64,000 nt of DNA from positions 1 to 64,000 of IMG/VR virus record IMGVR_UViG_3300020435_000116; one strand, written 5' to 3'. Source of the stretch: an uncultured virus (IMG/VR IMGVR_UViG_3300020435_000116) (lineage: Duplodnaviria; Heunggongvirae; Uroviricota; Caudoviricetes). Under the pieces are notes generated by a model. That model had not been told where the DNA came from, searched no databases, and saw only the letters and a program-made list of their open reading frames with translations. The position numbers and the translations under genes were made by a program. Below are positions 37,477 to 46,449 of the stretch, in pieces (positions within the stretch are counted from its first letter, which is position 1; each line of letters opens with the position of its first letter).

Positions 37477-38624
37477 TATTCAAATACTTTTAATGTATAC
37501 TCCTCATCTAACAGAGAACTCCGCTCAAGGTACCTGTAAGCCTCTCTCGCGTTAGAAAAGATAATATCCGGTTCATTAGCTTGCTTTAAGATAACGTCCT
37601 CTGGTATCCCGCTACATCCCCTGAAATCATTCCAAGGTGTAGGATCTTCGAGAGACTTTGCTAGCCATGTTTCCTGTATGATAGAATAGTCAATAGTTCC
37701 TTCACTTAACTGCTTTTTAGACAGCTCGCATTTCACTGCTAATCCTCTTAGTTTTTTACCTAACACTAACCTCCTAGATTTGATATTGACTGCTACTAGC
37801 ATTCCAGTTCCACGCCTAGTAATTATCCAAGGTTTAAGAGACCGTTCTAAAGACCATCCATGTGTGTATAATCGTTGGTACAAAAGCTTGAAAGGAACAT
37901 CGAATTTTTCAGATAACTCTACTAGCCTCACCTTGTTACCTTGATAATTAACCCACAATGTATCGCTTTTATTTCTAGACTGCTCAGACGGACTAGCCCA
38001 ACGACAGTTTTCAGGTGTATAATCACCATCGTTATCACGTCGGTCCAACGTATGACCTTCCGGACACTCACCCATATCTTCCAGAAAGTTAGTAAATGAG
38101 TCCCATCGCTTACAGACCTTTACACCTTTACCTCCATAGTTGTCGTAATAGTCATCATTTGGATTATTACATCGATTCCTCATACCTAACCACCGTGCGT
38201 AGAGGGGGTGACGTCTACGCGAATAGCCGTGCGTCTTATTCGCTTCTTTCGCCCGCTCCTTCTGTAGACATCCACAACTGCGCGTATGACCGGTTACTAA
38301 ATCACTCGTCGTAACGATACTAGTTGATCCACAGCTACATTCACAAACCCATGTGCGTTTATCACCTTTCTTTTCAACCCCTTCTGCTTTGACGGTTAAC
38401 CTCCCATAGACCTTACCTATTAGATCGTTCTTATTTAGACAACCGCAGCTTTGGGTATCGCCTGCATTTAGACTTTTAGCCGAAGCAACTTTCGCATTCC
38501 CACAATCACATAAGCAATTCCACCAATTGCCCCTCTGACCTTCCTTATTGGGAGCCTGATCTACTACGGTTAATTTACCGAACTTCCGTCCCGTTAAATC
38601 TATACCTCTTCCCACATTTACCAC
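37476..38624 (-). CDS. Free-standing HNH-type homing endonuclease
   Basis: Two DL.G..(F/Y)G.LTV...W.C.C.CG...SCGC repeats, YGGKGVKVC.RW and TLDRRDNDGDYTPENCRWA nuclease motif. Confidence 0.8.
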   Translation of the reverse strand: MVNVGRGIDLTGRKFGKLTVVDQAPNKEGQRGNWWNCLCDCGNAKVASAKSLNAGDTQSCGCLNKNDLIGKVYGRLTVKAEGVEKKGDKRTWVCECSCGSTSIVTTSDLVTGHTRSCGCLQKERAKEANKTHGYSRRRHPLYARWLGMRNRCNNPNDDYYDNYGGKGVKVCKRWDSFTNFLEDMGECPEGHTLDRRDNDGDYTPENCRWASPSEQSRNKSDTLWVNYQGNKVRLVELSEKFDVPFKLLYQRLYTHGWSLERSLKPWIITRRGTGMLVAVNIKSRRLVLGKKLRGLAVKCELSKKQLSEGTIDYSIIQETWLAKSLEDPTPWNDFRGCSGIPEDVILKQANEPDIIFSNAREAYRYLERSSLLDEEYTLKVFE

Positions 38625-38648
38625 CTTTTAATATCGTACACTATTTAG

Positions 38649-38658
38649 GTAATGTAGG
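38649..38658 (-). promoter_or_regulatory. Putative early promoter motif CCTACATTAC
   Basis: About 25 bp upstream of the HNH gene start. Confidence 0.6.
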
Positions 38659-38787
38659 TATGTAATTCTATAGGGCATAGGAGCTATATCTTGTGACTAT
38701 GTTTCGTAAACACCCCATTAGCTTTACCTGGTGTAAGGCAATTTATTTAAATAATCTTACTACAAATGTTACATCCAGGAGTATGCA

Positions 38788-39318
38788 ATGGCAACATTCC
38801 GCTTAGGGCCAATAGGTTTTCCTTACAGTACGACCCCCGGTGCAGTACCTGAACCTGAATTAATTAATGTGGCAGGTATTGCCATTAACGTTAAAGATCA
38901 GATCCTTTACTCGAAAGACGATGAAGGAAACATGTTCACCATCGGTTCGTCTTACGATGGAATCCTAGAAGCTCACTTTAGTGCGATCGACCCCCACGGT
39001 ACATTTAACGTCGTTAACACAGACGGCGACGTCACCCTATCTGGTTTTGCAGTCTACCATGTTGTTAAACGAATTGGATCAGGTACGGGAACGGTCACGT
39101 TAGATATGGAAGACATCGCACAAAACGCGATCGTTAAAATTGACAATGTGTGGGACACGGCTGGTGAAGTCAATGTTGTATCATCTGTCGGTGGAACAGT
39201 TTTCCATCTAGATGCAACGACCGAGGATGCGTCGGTAAGCTTAACAGGGAAAGGTCAATTTGAGTTACTCGTTGATGTTGAGAATAACAAAGTCTATTTG
39301 ACAAACATTGAACAGTAA
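38788..39318 (+). CDS. Tail-fibre protein with T4 gp37-like N-terminal module (paralogue of 26268..26858)
   Basis: STTPGAVP..IAINVKDQILYSKD.EGN...G..YD.IL.AHF...PHGT aligns with the 26268 gene. Confidence 0.7.
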   Translation: MATFRLGPIGFPYSTTPGAVPEPELINVAGIAINVKDQILYSKDDEGNMFTIGSSYDGILEAHFSAIDPHGTFNVVNTDGDVTLSGFAVYHVVKRIGSGTGTVTLDMEDIAQNAIVKIDNVWDTAGEVNVVSSVGGTVFHLDATTEDASVSLTGKGQFELLVDVENNKVYLTNIEQ

Positions 39319-39329
39319 TCACTTTATTA

Positions 39330-39365
39330 AAATGGGGCTCTTTTATAGGGTCCCATTTATGCCGT
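39330..39365 (+). terminator. Hairpin followed by TATGCCGT
   Basis: aaatggggctc...gggtcccattt then atgccgt. Confidence 0.7.
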
Positions 39366-39418
39366 CACGGTGTAACAATCGTATGTATTGTTGTATTTGT
39401 TATCAAAAGGACGTTATT

Positions 39419-40273
39419 GTGTTTAAGTTAATTGCAAACATTATTAAAGAGACTATCTTGCTTATTAGTGAGTTACCCTATCTCAAGTATATCAACTCAT
39501 CAGTAGGTCAGCCCGTGCCAGAATTCGGCAATGAGGGTACTGCTATCACTAAAGAGGTAGAGCGCCGTAGTAAGGTTAAGTTAGCTTTGGCTATTGTAGT
39601 TACCGGGGACAGCAGAACAAAGATCTTAGATCGCTTCTTTGCTATGCCTGTTTATAAAGGCGAGGTCATGCCTATTGTGGATTTTAATAAACATGATGAG
39701 CACTGGTATTTCATTAACGGTATCATGACGAATCAAGAAGTTTTCGATGTAAATCTCCATGGACTATCTAAGCTCCTCAATCGCCCTGTAATGGGCCTTT
39801 ACAACCCGAGCAAGGGAATGTATCGTGATTTGGTAGAAAGCGTTATAGGGAGGGCTACAGACAGCCTGACGCCCATCGCACGGGTTATGGCTCAGCATTT
39901 ATTCTATCCCGTATTATCAGGTAAGCCTATTAGAATAATAGGACACTCTCAGGGTGCTATCATCTTATCTAATGTGGCTAAGATACTACAGAGCTACGGA
40001 TTTGAATTAAACAATGTAGAATTCTTTACTATAGCAGGAGCGCACGATGAGTTTCCTCAGGTTCCCATGGTAGAGCATTTTGGTAATGAAAAGGATTACG
40101 TATACCGTATAGGTGCTAAGCATTATCAAGCACGTATCTGTGGAGAGCAGTATGTGAGGGACCTAGGAGGTCATCTGTTGAATCGTCATTATCTGACGGG
40201 GATAAATCAAGGTAATTATTGCAGTGGGCGTTCTCGTCTCTATTCGCATATTCAAAGCAAAAAAGAAGAGTAA
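39419..40273 (+). CDS. Alpha/beta-hydrolase (lipase/esterase-like)
   Basis: Nucleophile elbow IIGHSQGAII, FINGIMT, and candidate Asp (EKDYV) and His (GGHLL). GTG start at 39419 after AAGGA. Confidence 0.75.
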   Translation: MFKLIANIIKETILLISELPYLKYINSSVGQPVPEFGNEGTAITKEVERRSKVKLALAIVVTGDSRTKILDRFFAMPVYKGEVMPIVDFNKHDEHWYFINGIMTNQEVFDVNLHGLSKLLNRPVMGLYNPSKGMYRDLVESVIGRATDSLTPIARVMAQHLFYPVLSGKPIRIIGHSQGAIILSNVAKILQSYGFELNNVEFFTIAGAHDEFPQVPMVEHFGNEKDYVYRIGAKHYQARICGEQYVRDLGGHLLNRHYLTGINQGNYCSGRSRLYSHIQSKKEE

Positions 40274-40275
40274 AG

Positions 40276-40308
40276 AGGTGAGAGGGATAACCCTCTCACC
40301 TATGCCGT
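40276..40308 (+). terminator. Hairpin followed by TATGCCGT
   Basis: aggtgagaggg-ataa-ccctctcacct then atgccgt, between convergent genes. Confidence 0.8.
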
Positions 40309-41264
40309 TAATTGTTGTTGATGTAAGATTTCAAATTAGTTTTAATCTCATCTAACTCAATTAACTGTGTTAGAATTTTATCATTATCAGCCATTACTGC
40401 TTTTTGATGATCGTCTACTATTGACTTAAACGTGTTATCATTAAAATTGCTAGTTTTGTCAATAAACCACATACCGCCATAGAAGATGCGATCTCTATCA
40501 GATAAAGATGCACGTTTGATAAACTCTATATCAGCCGTATATACACTAATGCCGTTTAACTTATCAGAAGTAATTGCCGATAATTTATCCTGCTCTAACT
40601 TAATAAGCGTACCAAGATTGTGAGTTAACCACGGTGGGAATTTAACCCTAGCATGTATGGCGGGGTTGATCCAGTATCCATCGTTTAATATTAAGTGACT
40701 TTCTCGCCTTCCTTCTTTTATATCTTGCAGTAGCTTAATCAGTTTCGTCACGTTAGCTAATAGACACTTCGCTGTAGTTAAATGCTGACTGGTTCTATCC
40801 ACACCTTCGATAAATACTGAAGCAACTATTTTACGCAACATAGGTACATCTAGGGAATAAGACCCCCTAAAGAATGCATGGGGTTCATCCCAACGACTTA
40901 ACAGACATGAGTTTAATGTCTCTTGAAGTGTCTCTATGTATTTAAGCGGTTCAGGGAAGGGTTGGTCTTTACCTTCAAATGGTTTATCTAGATAAGGATC
41001 ATCCGGTGAGAAGTGGATTGATTCTGGTAGTCCAGATGAAGTATTATCCGTGTAGGTTATTTCATTTAACTTCATCCCGGTAGCCGTGTAGATGCTAATG
41101 TTCACATCACCGTCAAGATCTAAGATATTAACATTGTTACCATCTATCTCAAGCTGCACCATAGAAGGGTGCTTTTTATTAGCGGTGGTCTTTAGCTGAT
41201 CTGTTGTGATGTAACGCGTTTGAATCTGATTTCTAAACTCTTGCTTAATAACAATTATAAACAT
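40308..41264 (-). CDS. Hypothetical protein
   Basis: 318-aa ORF with AAGGA RBS. Confidence 0.65.
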   Translation of the reverse strand: MFIIVIKQEFRNQIQTRYITTDQLKTTANKKHPSMVQLEIDGNNVNILDLDGDVNISIYTATGMKLNEITYTDNTSSGLPESIHFSPDDPYLDKPFEGKDQPFPEPLKYIETLQETLNSCLLSRWDEPHAFFRGSYSLDVPMLRKIVASVFIEGVDRTSQHLTTAKCLLANVTKLIKLLQDIKEGRRESHLILNDGYWINPAIHARVKFPPWLTHNLGTLIKLEQDKLSAITSDKLNGISVYTADIEFIKRASLSDRDRIFYGGMWFIDKTSNFNDNTFKSIVDDHQKAVMADNDKILTQLIELDEIKTNLKSYINNN

Positions 41265-41328
41265 AACTGTCCTTATTTAATAATGTAATGTTTCTTATAA
41301 AAGGGCGGGGTAGGTATCTAGACGATAC

Positions 41329-41445
41329 CTACTTTCGTTTAAACCAGTTCATGACTGTAGGGATAATCGCATCGCGATACAGAAGCGCAACCAGAATAGA
41401 CATAAAGGCAATGTAGAAAATGAAATCTAATAATGAGAAGTCCAT
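41329..41445 (-). CDS. Small membrane protein (38 aa)
   Basis: MDFSLLDFIFYIAFMSILVALLY after AAGGA RBS. A promoter-like CCTACATCAT lies at 41482-41491. Confidence 0.5.
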   Translation of the reverse strand: MDFSLLDFIFYIAFMSILVALLYRDAIIPTVMNWFKRK

Positions 41446-41507
41446 GATAGTTTCCTTTAGTAATAGGTTAATCTCCTTTAAATGATGTAGGTCTAAAAGT
41501 AGCTGCG

Positions 41508-41542
41508 ACGGCATAAGAGGATGCTATTACGCATCCTCTTTA
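41508..41542 (-). terminator. Hairpin followed by TATGCCGT
   Basis: On the minus strand: aagaggatgc-gtaata-gcatcctctt then atgccgt. Confidence 0.75.
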
Positions 41543-41546
41543 TAGT

Positions 41547-41936
41547 TTAATGATCTAAATACACTAGCAAAGGTAGAAGCCATACAGCCGCGTAAGGGCT
41601 GACCAAGAGCTTGAATGCGACATGCATACTTATCTCAGCAGCAAGTTCACTATCACAGGCCCTAACGACACTGATAGCAAGTAGCGTTAGTATGTAACTA
41701 AACAACCATGTCGTAAAAACACCGCTGGCTAAATAGAATAACCCGACCCCTATTGCCGTGCTGGAATCCTTTAATAGCATGGCTAAACGGTCATACCACG
41801 TAATGATCCTAGCATCTAAAGAACGACAGCGCTTGCAGCGACTGACTCTAAATAGATACTCGCCATCTAACACTGTATACGCGTTTAAGATAATAATTAA
41901 ACCAATGCTAATAAAGGTAAGGTGTTGAAAAGTCAT
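41547..41936 (-). CDS. Membrane protein
   Basis: Several hydrophobic segments and a CxxC motif. Confidence 0.55.
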   Translation of the reverse strand: MTFQHLTFISIGLIIILNAYTVLDGEYLFRVSRCKRCRSLDARIITWYDRLAMLLKDSSTAIGVGLFYLASGVFTTWLFSYILTLLAISVVRACDSELAAEISMHVAFKLLVSPYAAVWLLPLLVYLDH

Positions 41937-42208
41937 ATATCATCCTTGGAGACCTTTAATTTAATATTTTCAAACATCAGCTTAAGGGCACCTAAGAAAC
42001 CACCCATATAAGCTACCACTGACACCATCTGCCATTCTTCAAATTGATCAAAATTACTTTTATAAAAAGAATGAAAGTCCCATACCAGATAACAGATAAA
42101 CACCAAACACGCTACCTGTGCTATGCGTAGTTTCATTAGCAAATAGGCTATCTCGTGTATCCTGTTATCTAAGCGCCTCCTCTCAGGTTGAATCTCGTTA
42201 CTCATCAT
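41933..42208 (-). CDS. Small two-TM membrane protein
   Basis: Two hydrophobic helices and a charged C-terminus, downstream of the spanin-like pair. Confidence 0.6.
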   Translation of the reverse strand: MMSNEIQPERRRLDNRIHEIAYLLMKLRIAQVACLVFICYLVWDFHSFYKSNFDQFEEWQMVSVVAYMGGFLGALKLMFENIKLKVSKDDI

Positions 42209-42668
42209 TTAACTCCATTACCGCTTTTTGTTGCATATCAGCAGAACGTTCTAGTTCTTTAATCACATTTTCAAGATAAGTGATTCTGTTTCGCAACTGC
42301 TCACTGTACAAACCTAATTGTATCAGTTGACTTTCTAACATGAACCATCCTTGAACGGTATAACCATAGATAGCCCAGTTACACGCACTTTCTCTAGTCA
42401 TACCGGGATAGCGCTCATAGACTTCCTCTACGGTATACGCATCCTCCTGACCCGCATCTTTAAACTCATCGCAGACATACTTGTAGAACATTGCATCTTG
42501 AGCAGTTAATGTAATGACTTCAGGCATAGTGATGTCAGGTCGAGGTACAGCTGCAGGTAGGGTAGTCTTAGGGAGTATCGGGATGGTTTTCACCTTCACG
42601 ACCTGAGGTTCCGGCGATAGTGCGCAGGAGCTCACCAACACGCATAGAAGCAGCGTTACCCCGCGCAT
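42198..42668 (-). CDS. Lipoprotein, putative o-spanin (Rz1-like)
   Basis: Start moved to 42668: MRGVTLLLCVLVSSC lipobox followed by Pro-rich sequence. Overlaps the 3' end of the i-spanin-like gene out of frame. Confidence 0.7.
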   Translation of the reverse strand: MRGVTLLLCVLVSSCALSPEPQVVKVKTIPILPKTTLPAAVPRPDITMPEVITLTAQDAMFYKYVCDEFKDAGQEDAYTVEEVYERYPGMTRESACNWAIYGYTVQGWFMLESQLIQLGLYSEQLRNRITYLENVIKELERSADMQQKAVMELNDE

Positions 42669-43002
42669 AAGGTTCTTCCAAAGCTTTAACGGCTTCGGTT
42701 TGTCTGAGAGTGTTGAGAGTGTTTTCCAGACGGTTGGCGCGAGCGAAGGCATCATTGTTTTGTTCTCCATATTCTACCAACAAATCAGCCTGTCTTTGGG
42801 TAAGCGTAGTGAGTTGGTCTATTGTTTTTAATTGTCGTTCATTGACACTGGTTAAAGTGGCGTTATGTTGTTCTAACTCTACAATCGTTGCACTTTGTAA
42901 CGCGTAGTCTCTTTCTAAAACAACATGTTTGTAGCTAATAAATCCAATTACACCTAAAAGAGCAACAATACTAAAACCGGCTATTTTATATCCAAGTAAC
43001 AT
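42568..43002 (-). CDS. Putative i-spanin (Rz-like)
   Basis: N-terminal TM (IAGFSIVALLGVIGFISY) followed by a long coiled coil. Confidence 0.7.
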   Translation of the reverse strand: MLLGYKIAGFSIVALLGVIGFISYKHVVLERDYALQSATIVELEQHNATLTSVNERQLKTIDQLTTLTQRQADLLVEYGEQNNDAFARANRLENTLNTLRQTEAVKALEEPYARGNAASMRVGELLRTIAGTSGREGENHPDTP

Positions 43003-43013
43003 AGTCTTTTCCT

Positions 43014-43394
43014 TTATGTGGATTTATCAATATCTACCTTTAGATATTTAGCGGCAAGTGCTCCAATTACCTTATCTAATGTAGAGGGTGTATTAGGGTT
43101 TATTCCCAGCCCAGCAGCAGCGCGGGTCTTCTTATCTTGCGTACGGTTGTTAAAGTAACTACGTAATACAAAAGCCGGTAAACCTAAAAGCGCGGTAATA
43201 GCTTCCCATCCAGGTAATTCAATCTGCCCCTTTACTACACCCATGACCATAGATACCATATAGGTGATGTAGAAGGCAGTAAACAATATAGCCATCAACC
43301 ATGTAATGCGTGGACGGGTTTTACCACCCTTAGCATCTTCTTTAGACAAGCTATCCTGCACCGCATTAAACTTATCAATATCTATATTAGACAT
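43014..43394 (-). CDS. Putative holin-like membrane protein
   Basis: Start moved to MSNID (GAGG RBS). TRP.I motif, then two TMs ending in YF..R, resembling the GTA-type holin family. Directly upstream of the spanin-like pair. Confidence 0.55.
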   Translation of the reverse strand: MSNIDIDKFNAVQDSLSKEDAKGGKTRPRITWLMAILFTAFYITYMVSMVMGVVKGQIELPGWEAITALLGLPAFVLRSYFNNRTQDKKTRAAAGLGINPNTPSTLDKVIGALAAKYLKVDIDKST

Positions 43395-43493
43395 CCCTCT
43401 ATCCTCACCTAATGTGTTAAAAAAATAAATACAGCATAACACTGTTCATAAGAAGAGTCTTCTGACCCCTCCTATAAACAGTCTATTATTTAA

Positions 43494-43829
43494 TCAGTTT
43501 TCTTTAAACCATAGCTCAACTACAGCGCTGGTGAACCCAGCAGTATACTGTTGTTTGATATGATTCAACATGGTGTTGTTTTCTTCGCAGAAATAACGCT
43601 GCTCTTCGATGTTATCTTTAATCGAATCCCGTAAGTCGTTAAGATCTTTTCGGATCTGGGCTTCAGGTAGTGAAGATTCAATATTCTTCTGCATTACCAG
43701 AATTGTCAGATTGGCAATTTTAGAAATCCAATCTTTATTCTCATGAATATCGTTAACACATAAGCGGTGCTCGTTAGCAACGACTACCTGACCTTTGCTG
43801 ATTGCTGATATTTTAAATGTTATTTCCAT
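43494..43829 (-). CDS. Hypothetical protein
   Basis: 111-aa ORF downstream of a CTACATTAC motif. Confidence 0.6.
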   Translation of the reverse strand: MEITFKISAISKGQVVVANEHRLCVNDIHENKDWISKIANLTILVMQKNIESSLPEAQIRKDLNDLRDSIKDNIEEQRYFCEENNTMLNHIKQQYTAGFTSAVVELWFKEN

Positions 43830-43886
43830 ACCGATTCCATTTATATACTATTAAAGGGCTTGTTGTACAGTCTGTACTGCATAGTA

Positions 43887-43895
43887 GTAATGTAG
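43887..43895 (-). promoter_or_regulatory. Putative early promoter motif CTACATTAC
   Basis: Intergenic, upstream of 43494..43829. Confidence 0.5.
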
Positions 43896-43904
43896 AGGTA
43901 TAAC

Positions 43905-44234
43905 TTAGTCGGTTTCAGACGAGTAAGGAGTCGACTTACCTAGCGCTTTATAAAGCGCCGTCCCTATAAGTCCTGTCTCAGTGTGTTCTAAGTTACCATT
44001 CCTATTAGTAAAGCAAGAGCCTTTAGGTAGATAATGACGCTCAAAACAACCATGCCACTGACCCGTATACTTAGTAGGGCTGCCGTTTTTATACATTGAA
44101 GGTGCACACATACAGCACAACGCCTCGCCGTCTTCAACGTTGCTAAAGAACCGTGAGTTTCTATGGCGGCGATTGTAAATACCCAGTGCGGAGTTTTCCG
44201 CCACACCACACCGGGTACATTGAAAGATAGCCAC
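43905..44234 (-). CDS. Hypothetical Cys-rich (zinc-binding) phage protein
   Basis: Motifs FQCTRCG.AENSA, LCCMCAP and GQWHG.F. Confidence 0.6.
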   Translation of the reverse strand: MAIFQCTRCGVAENSALGIYNRRHRNSRFFSNVEDGEALCCMCAPSMYKNGSPTKYTGQWHGCFERHYLPKGSCFTNRNGNLEHTETGLIGTALYKALGKSTPYSSETD

Positions 44235-44235
44235 G

Positions 44236-44880
44236 CTAGATCAATTCGTTTACACTAAAGATAACATCATCGCAAACATCTTTAGGTGACTGATTCGCAT
44301 CGATGGTTAGCGTATAGGCGCTCACTGGTTTTAAGCTATTATACGTTGCCACAGTAGCGTTGTAACGTCCCGCCCATTGTTTAAATACCTCAATAGGCTG
44401 GTCGTCATTTTTATCGGCTACTTGGCCCCTGCCTTCACCATGCATGCAGCGATTCTTCGCCACATGAGGATCTACATTTAAATAGATAAGAAAATCAGGA
44501 ATAGCATACTCATCAAGTATTTCAGCAATCAACTCATTGAGCGGACGTGTGTTATAATAGTCGTGCTGGTATACAATAGTAGATAACCAGTAACGGTCTA
44601 AAACAACCCACGTACCCTTAGCCAGTAATGGTTTAATTATCTCTTCTAATAGACAACGGCGTGATAGCCACAGTAACTCAGATTGAGTCTGTACTGAGAT
44701 ATTACTATCCGGGTGTTTAATCAGCGTACGAACAGCTTCACCGATGACAGTATCGCCAGGTTCACGATAGTTATTAACTTCTACACCATGTACTTCACGA
44801 AGCCAACTCACCAGTCTTTCCACTACCGTTGTCTTACCCGCACCTTCTATTCCTTCTACAACAATAAGTTTACCTGACAT
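44236..44880 (-). CDS. tmk: Thymidylate kinase
   Basis: Motifs EGIEGAGKTT, REPG, LDRYWLSTIVYQ and PDFLIYL. Confidence 0.95.
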   Translation of the reverse strand: MSGKLIVVEGIEGAGKTTVVERLVSWLREVHGVEVNNYREPGDTVIGEAVRTLIKHPDSNISVQTQSELLWLSRRCLLEEIIKPLLAKGTWVVLDRYWLSTIVYQHDYYNTRPLNELIAEILDEYAIPDFLIYLNVDPHVAKNRCMHGEGRGQVADKNDDQPIEVFKQWAGRYNATVATYNSLKPVSAYTLTIDANQSPKDVCDDVIFSVNELI

Positions 44881-44881
44881 A

Positions 44882-45604
44882 TTACACCTTTGAATAAGTA
44901 ATGTGATCTTCCCATGCTGCTTCCAGGGCAGTACGGATATAGTCTGCTACTACATCACTAGGGGTGTTTAACTCGATCGCGGTTAAAACAATAGCCTCTA
45001 AGATGGCATTATCAGCAGTAGATTCACCAGTGCTAGAAACGCGCCAGTTGCGGCTATAAGTACCTTCCTTATCGCCGTTTTTCTGCCTAAAATGATTAAG
45101 TTGATTTTTACCAATATACCAAGTATACAACGCTTCAAAACTCAGTCCTAGATCTTCCATAATACGCATGAAATAAGTGATATCAGGTTCACGAAATTCA
45201 ATCGTATCGTTAATAAAACGCTCAACATCAACGCAGAGCTCTTCAACACCTTCTGGGAAAGTTAGCGGTTCTCCAAACGGTCCTTCATTTAAAATACTAT
45301 CTGTTAGAACGATAGCAACGTCTTGAAATGATTCTTCTTCATCACGACGCTGTAGAAGATGCGATAGGTAGAAATGCCAGATGTCAATGACTTCAAGTTG
45401 CGCTTGTCTAATACTTACCGCGCCTTTCTTCCACCATTCCCAATCGACCCATTCAGTAACAATCTCAGACGCCTCAGTCCACATTGCGCGATACCAAGAA
45501 CGTTCAAGTGCCGTCCAGTCTTCCGTCTTATTCATCACCACATTAACTTCATGTTGCTTTTGAAGCATGTCAGTTAATGCATTTATTAATTGTTCTCTAT
45601 TCAT
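44882..45604 (-). CDS. Dimeric all-alpha dUTPase/dUDPase
   Basis: Motifs EASE, WEWWKK, LEVIDIWHF and YIGKNQLNHFRQKNG. Confidence 0.9.
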   Translation of the reverse strand: MNREQLINALTDMLQKQHEVNVVMNKTEDWTALERSWYRAMWTEASEIVTEWVDWEWWKKGAVSIRQAQLEVIDIWHFYLSHLLQRRDEEESFQDVAIVLTDSILNEGPFGEPLTFPEGVEELCVDVERFINDTIEFREPDITYFMRIMEDLGLSFEALYTWYIGKNQLNHFRQKNGDKEGTYSRNWRVSSTGESTADNAILEAIVLTAIELNTPSDVVADYIRTALEAAWEDHITYSKV

Positions 45605-45875
45605 TATCTTTATCCTTACTGGGTAAGATGTATTCGTTAATCTGCTCGATGGTATATCCGTTGGGGTCAGAAGACCATAATACTTGAGTTATATCAACAT
45701 TAAAGGTGTAGGTCTTTCCACATACACTACACTGATGCGGTACTTTTTTACTTTCAACACCACCCCACCATTCTGAAACATTAGTAGTATCTCTAAGAGA
45801 CTTTACCGGATTACCACAAACGTCACAGTCATAGGCGATCTGTATAGGGGTTAGAATCACTTGTTTAGCGGGCAT
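45597..45875 (-). CDS. Small zinc-ribbon protein
   Basis: CDVCG...CSVCG. Start moved to MPAKQ after GGAG. Confidence 0.55.
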   Translation of the reverse strand: MPAKQVILTPIQIAYDCDVCGNPVKSLRDTTNVSEWWGGVESKKVPHQCSVCGKTYTFNVDITQVLWSSDPNGYTIEQINEYILPSKDKDNE

Positions 45876-46449
45876 AGTGACGCTCCAATGTAATGCGCGT
45901 GTCCGTATCAGGATTTTCGGTATCAACAAAATGAAGAATCTGAAACCCAATACCTGGGTTCTTAGATTTCTCTAATTCGCTGATTTTCTCAATACGGTAA
46001 TTATCAAGAAGAGAGGTGTCAAAGAACGCATCACAATCAAAATGCGATACTTTAGCATGGGATATGCGCGTGACAATGTAACGATCAACCCAACGGTGCA
46101 TGGCCTTATAGATCTCAGCCCCACCGCAGATGAATATCTTAGTACGCTCTCCGCCTGTATCGATAGAGTCTGCTAGGGCTCTAGCTGTCCACATTGCATT
46201 TTCAGGACTTGAGGTAACAATAACACCTTGTGCAGTCAGTTGCATGTTTCTAGTGAGAACAATAGTAACACGTCCCGGCAATGGCTTCCCTATACTTTCA
46301 AAGGTCTTACGACCCATAATGACAATTTGTTTATACGTCGTTTCTTTGAAATGTTTAAAGTCTTCCGGACAATACCACGGGATACTGTTATCACGTCCTA
46401 TCCCCCACTTGGCATCACAAGCCAATATACCGATAGCGTTATCATACAT
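45865..46449 (-). CDS. folA: Dihydrofolate reductase
   Basis: Motifs GIGRDNSIPW..PED..HFK..T, IMGRKTFESIGKPLPGR and ICGGAEIY. Confidence 0.95.
   Translation of the reverse strand: MYDNAIGILACDAKWGIGRDNSIPWYCPEDFKHFKETTYKQIVIMGRKTFESIGKPLPGRVTIVLTRNMQLTAQGVIVTSSPENAMWTARALADSIDTGGERTKIFICGGAEIYKAMHRWVDRYIVTRISHAKVSHFDCDAFFDTSLLDNYRIEKISELEKSKNPGIGFQILHFVDTENPDTDTRITLERHYAR

Noticed and set aside
37380..38787. Group I intron hosting the HNH gene
   Set aside because: Both flanking genes look complete with their own starts and stops, the HNH gene is antisense with its own signals, and there is little room for an intron core.
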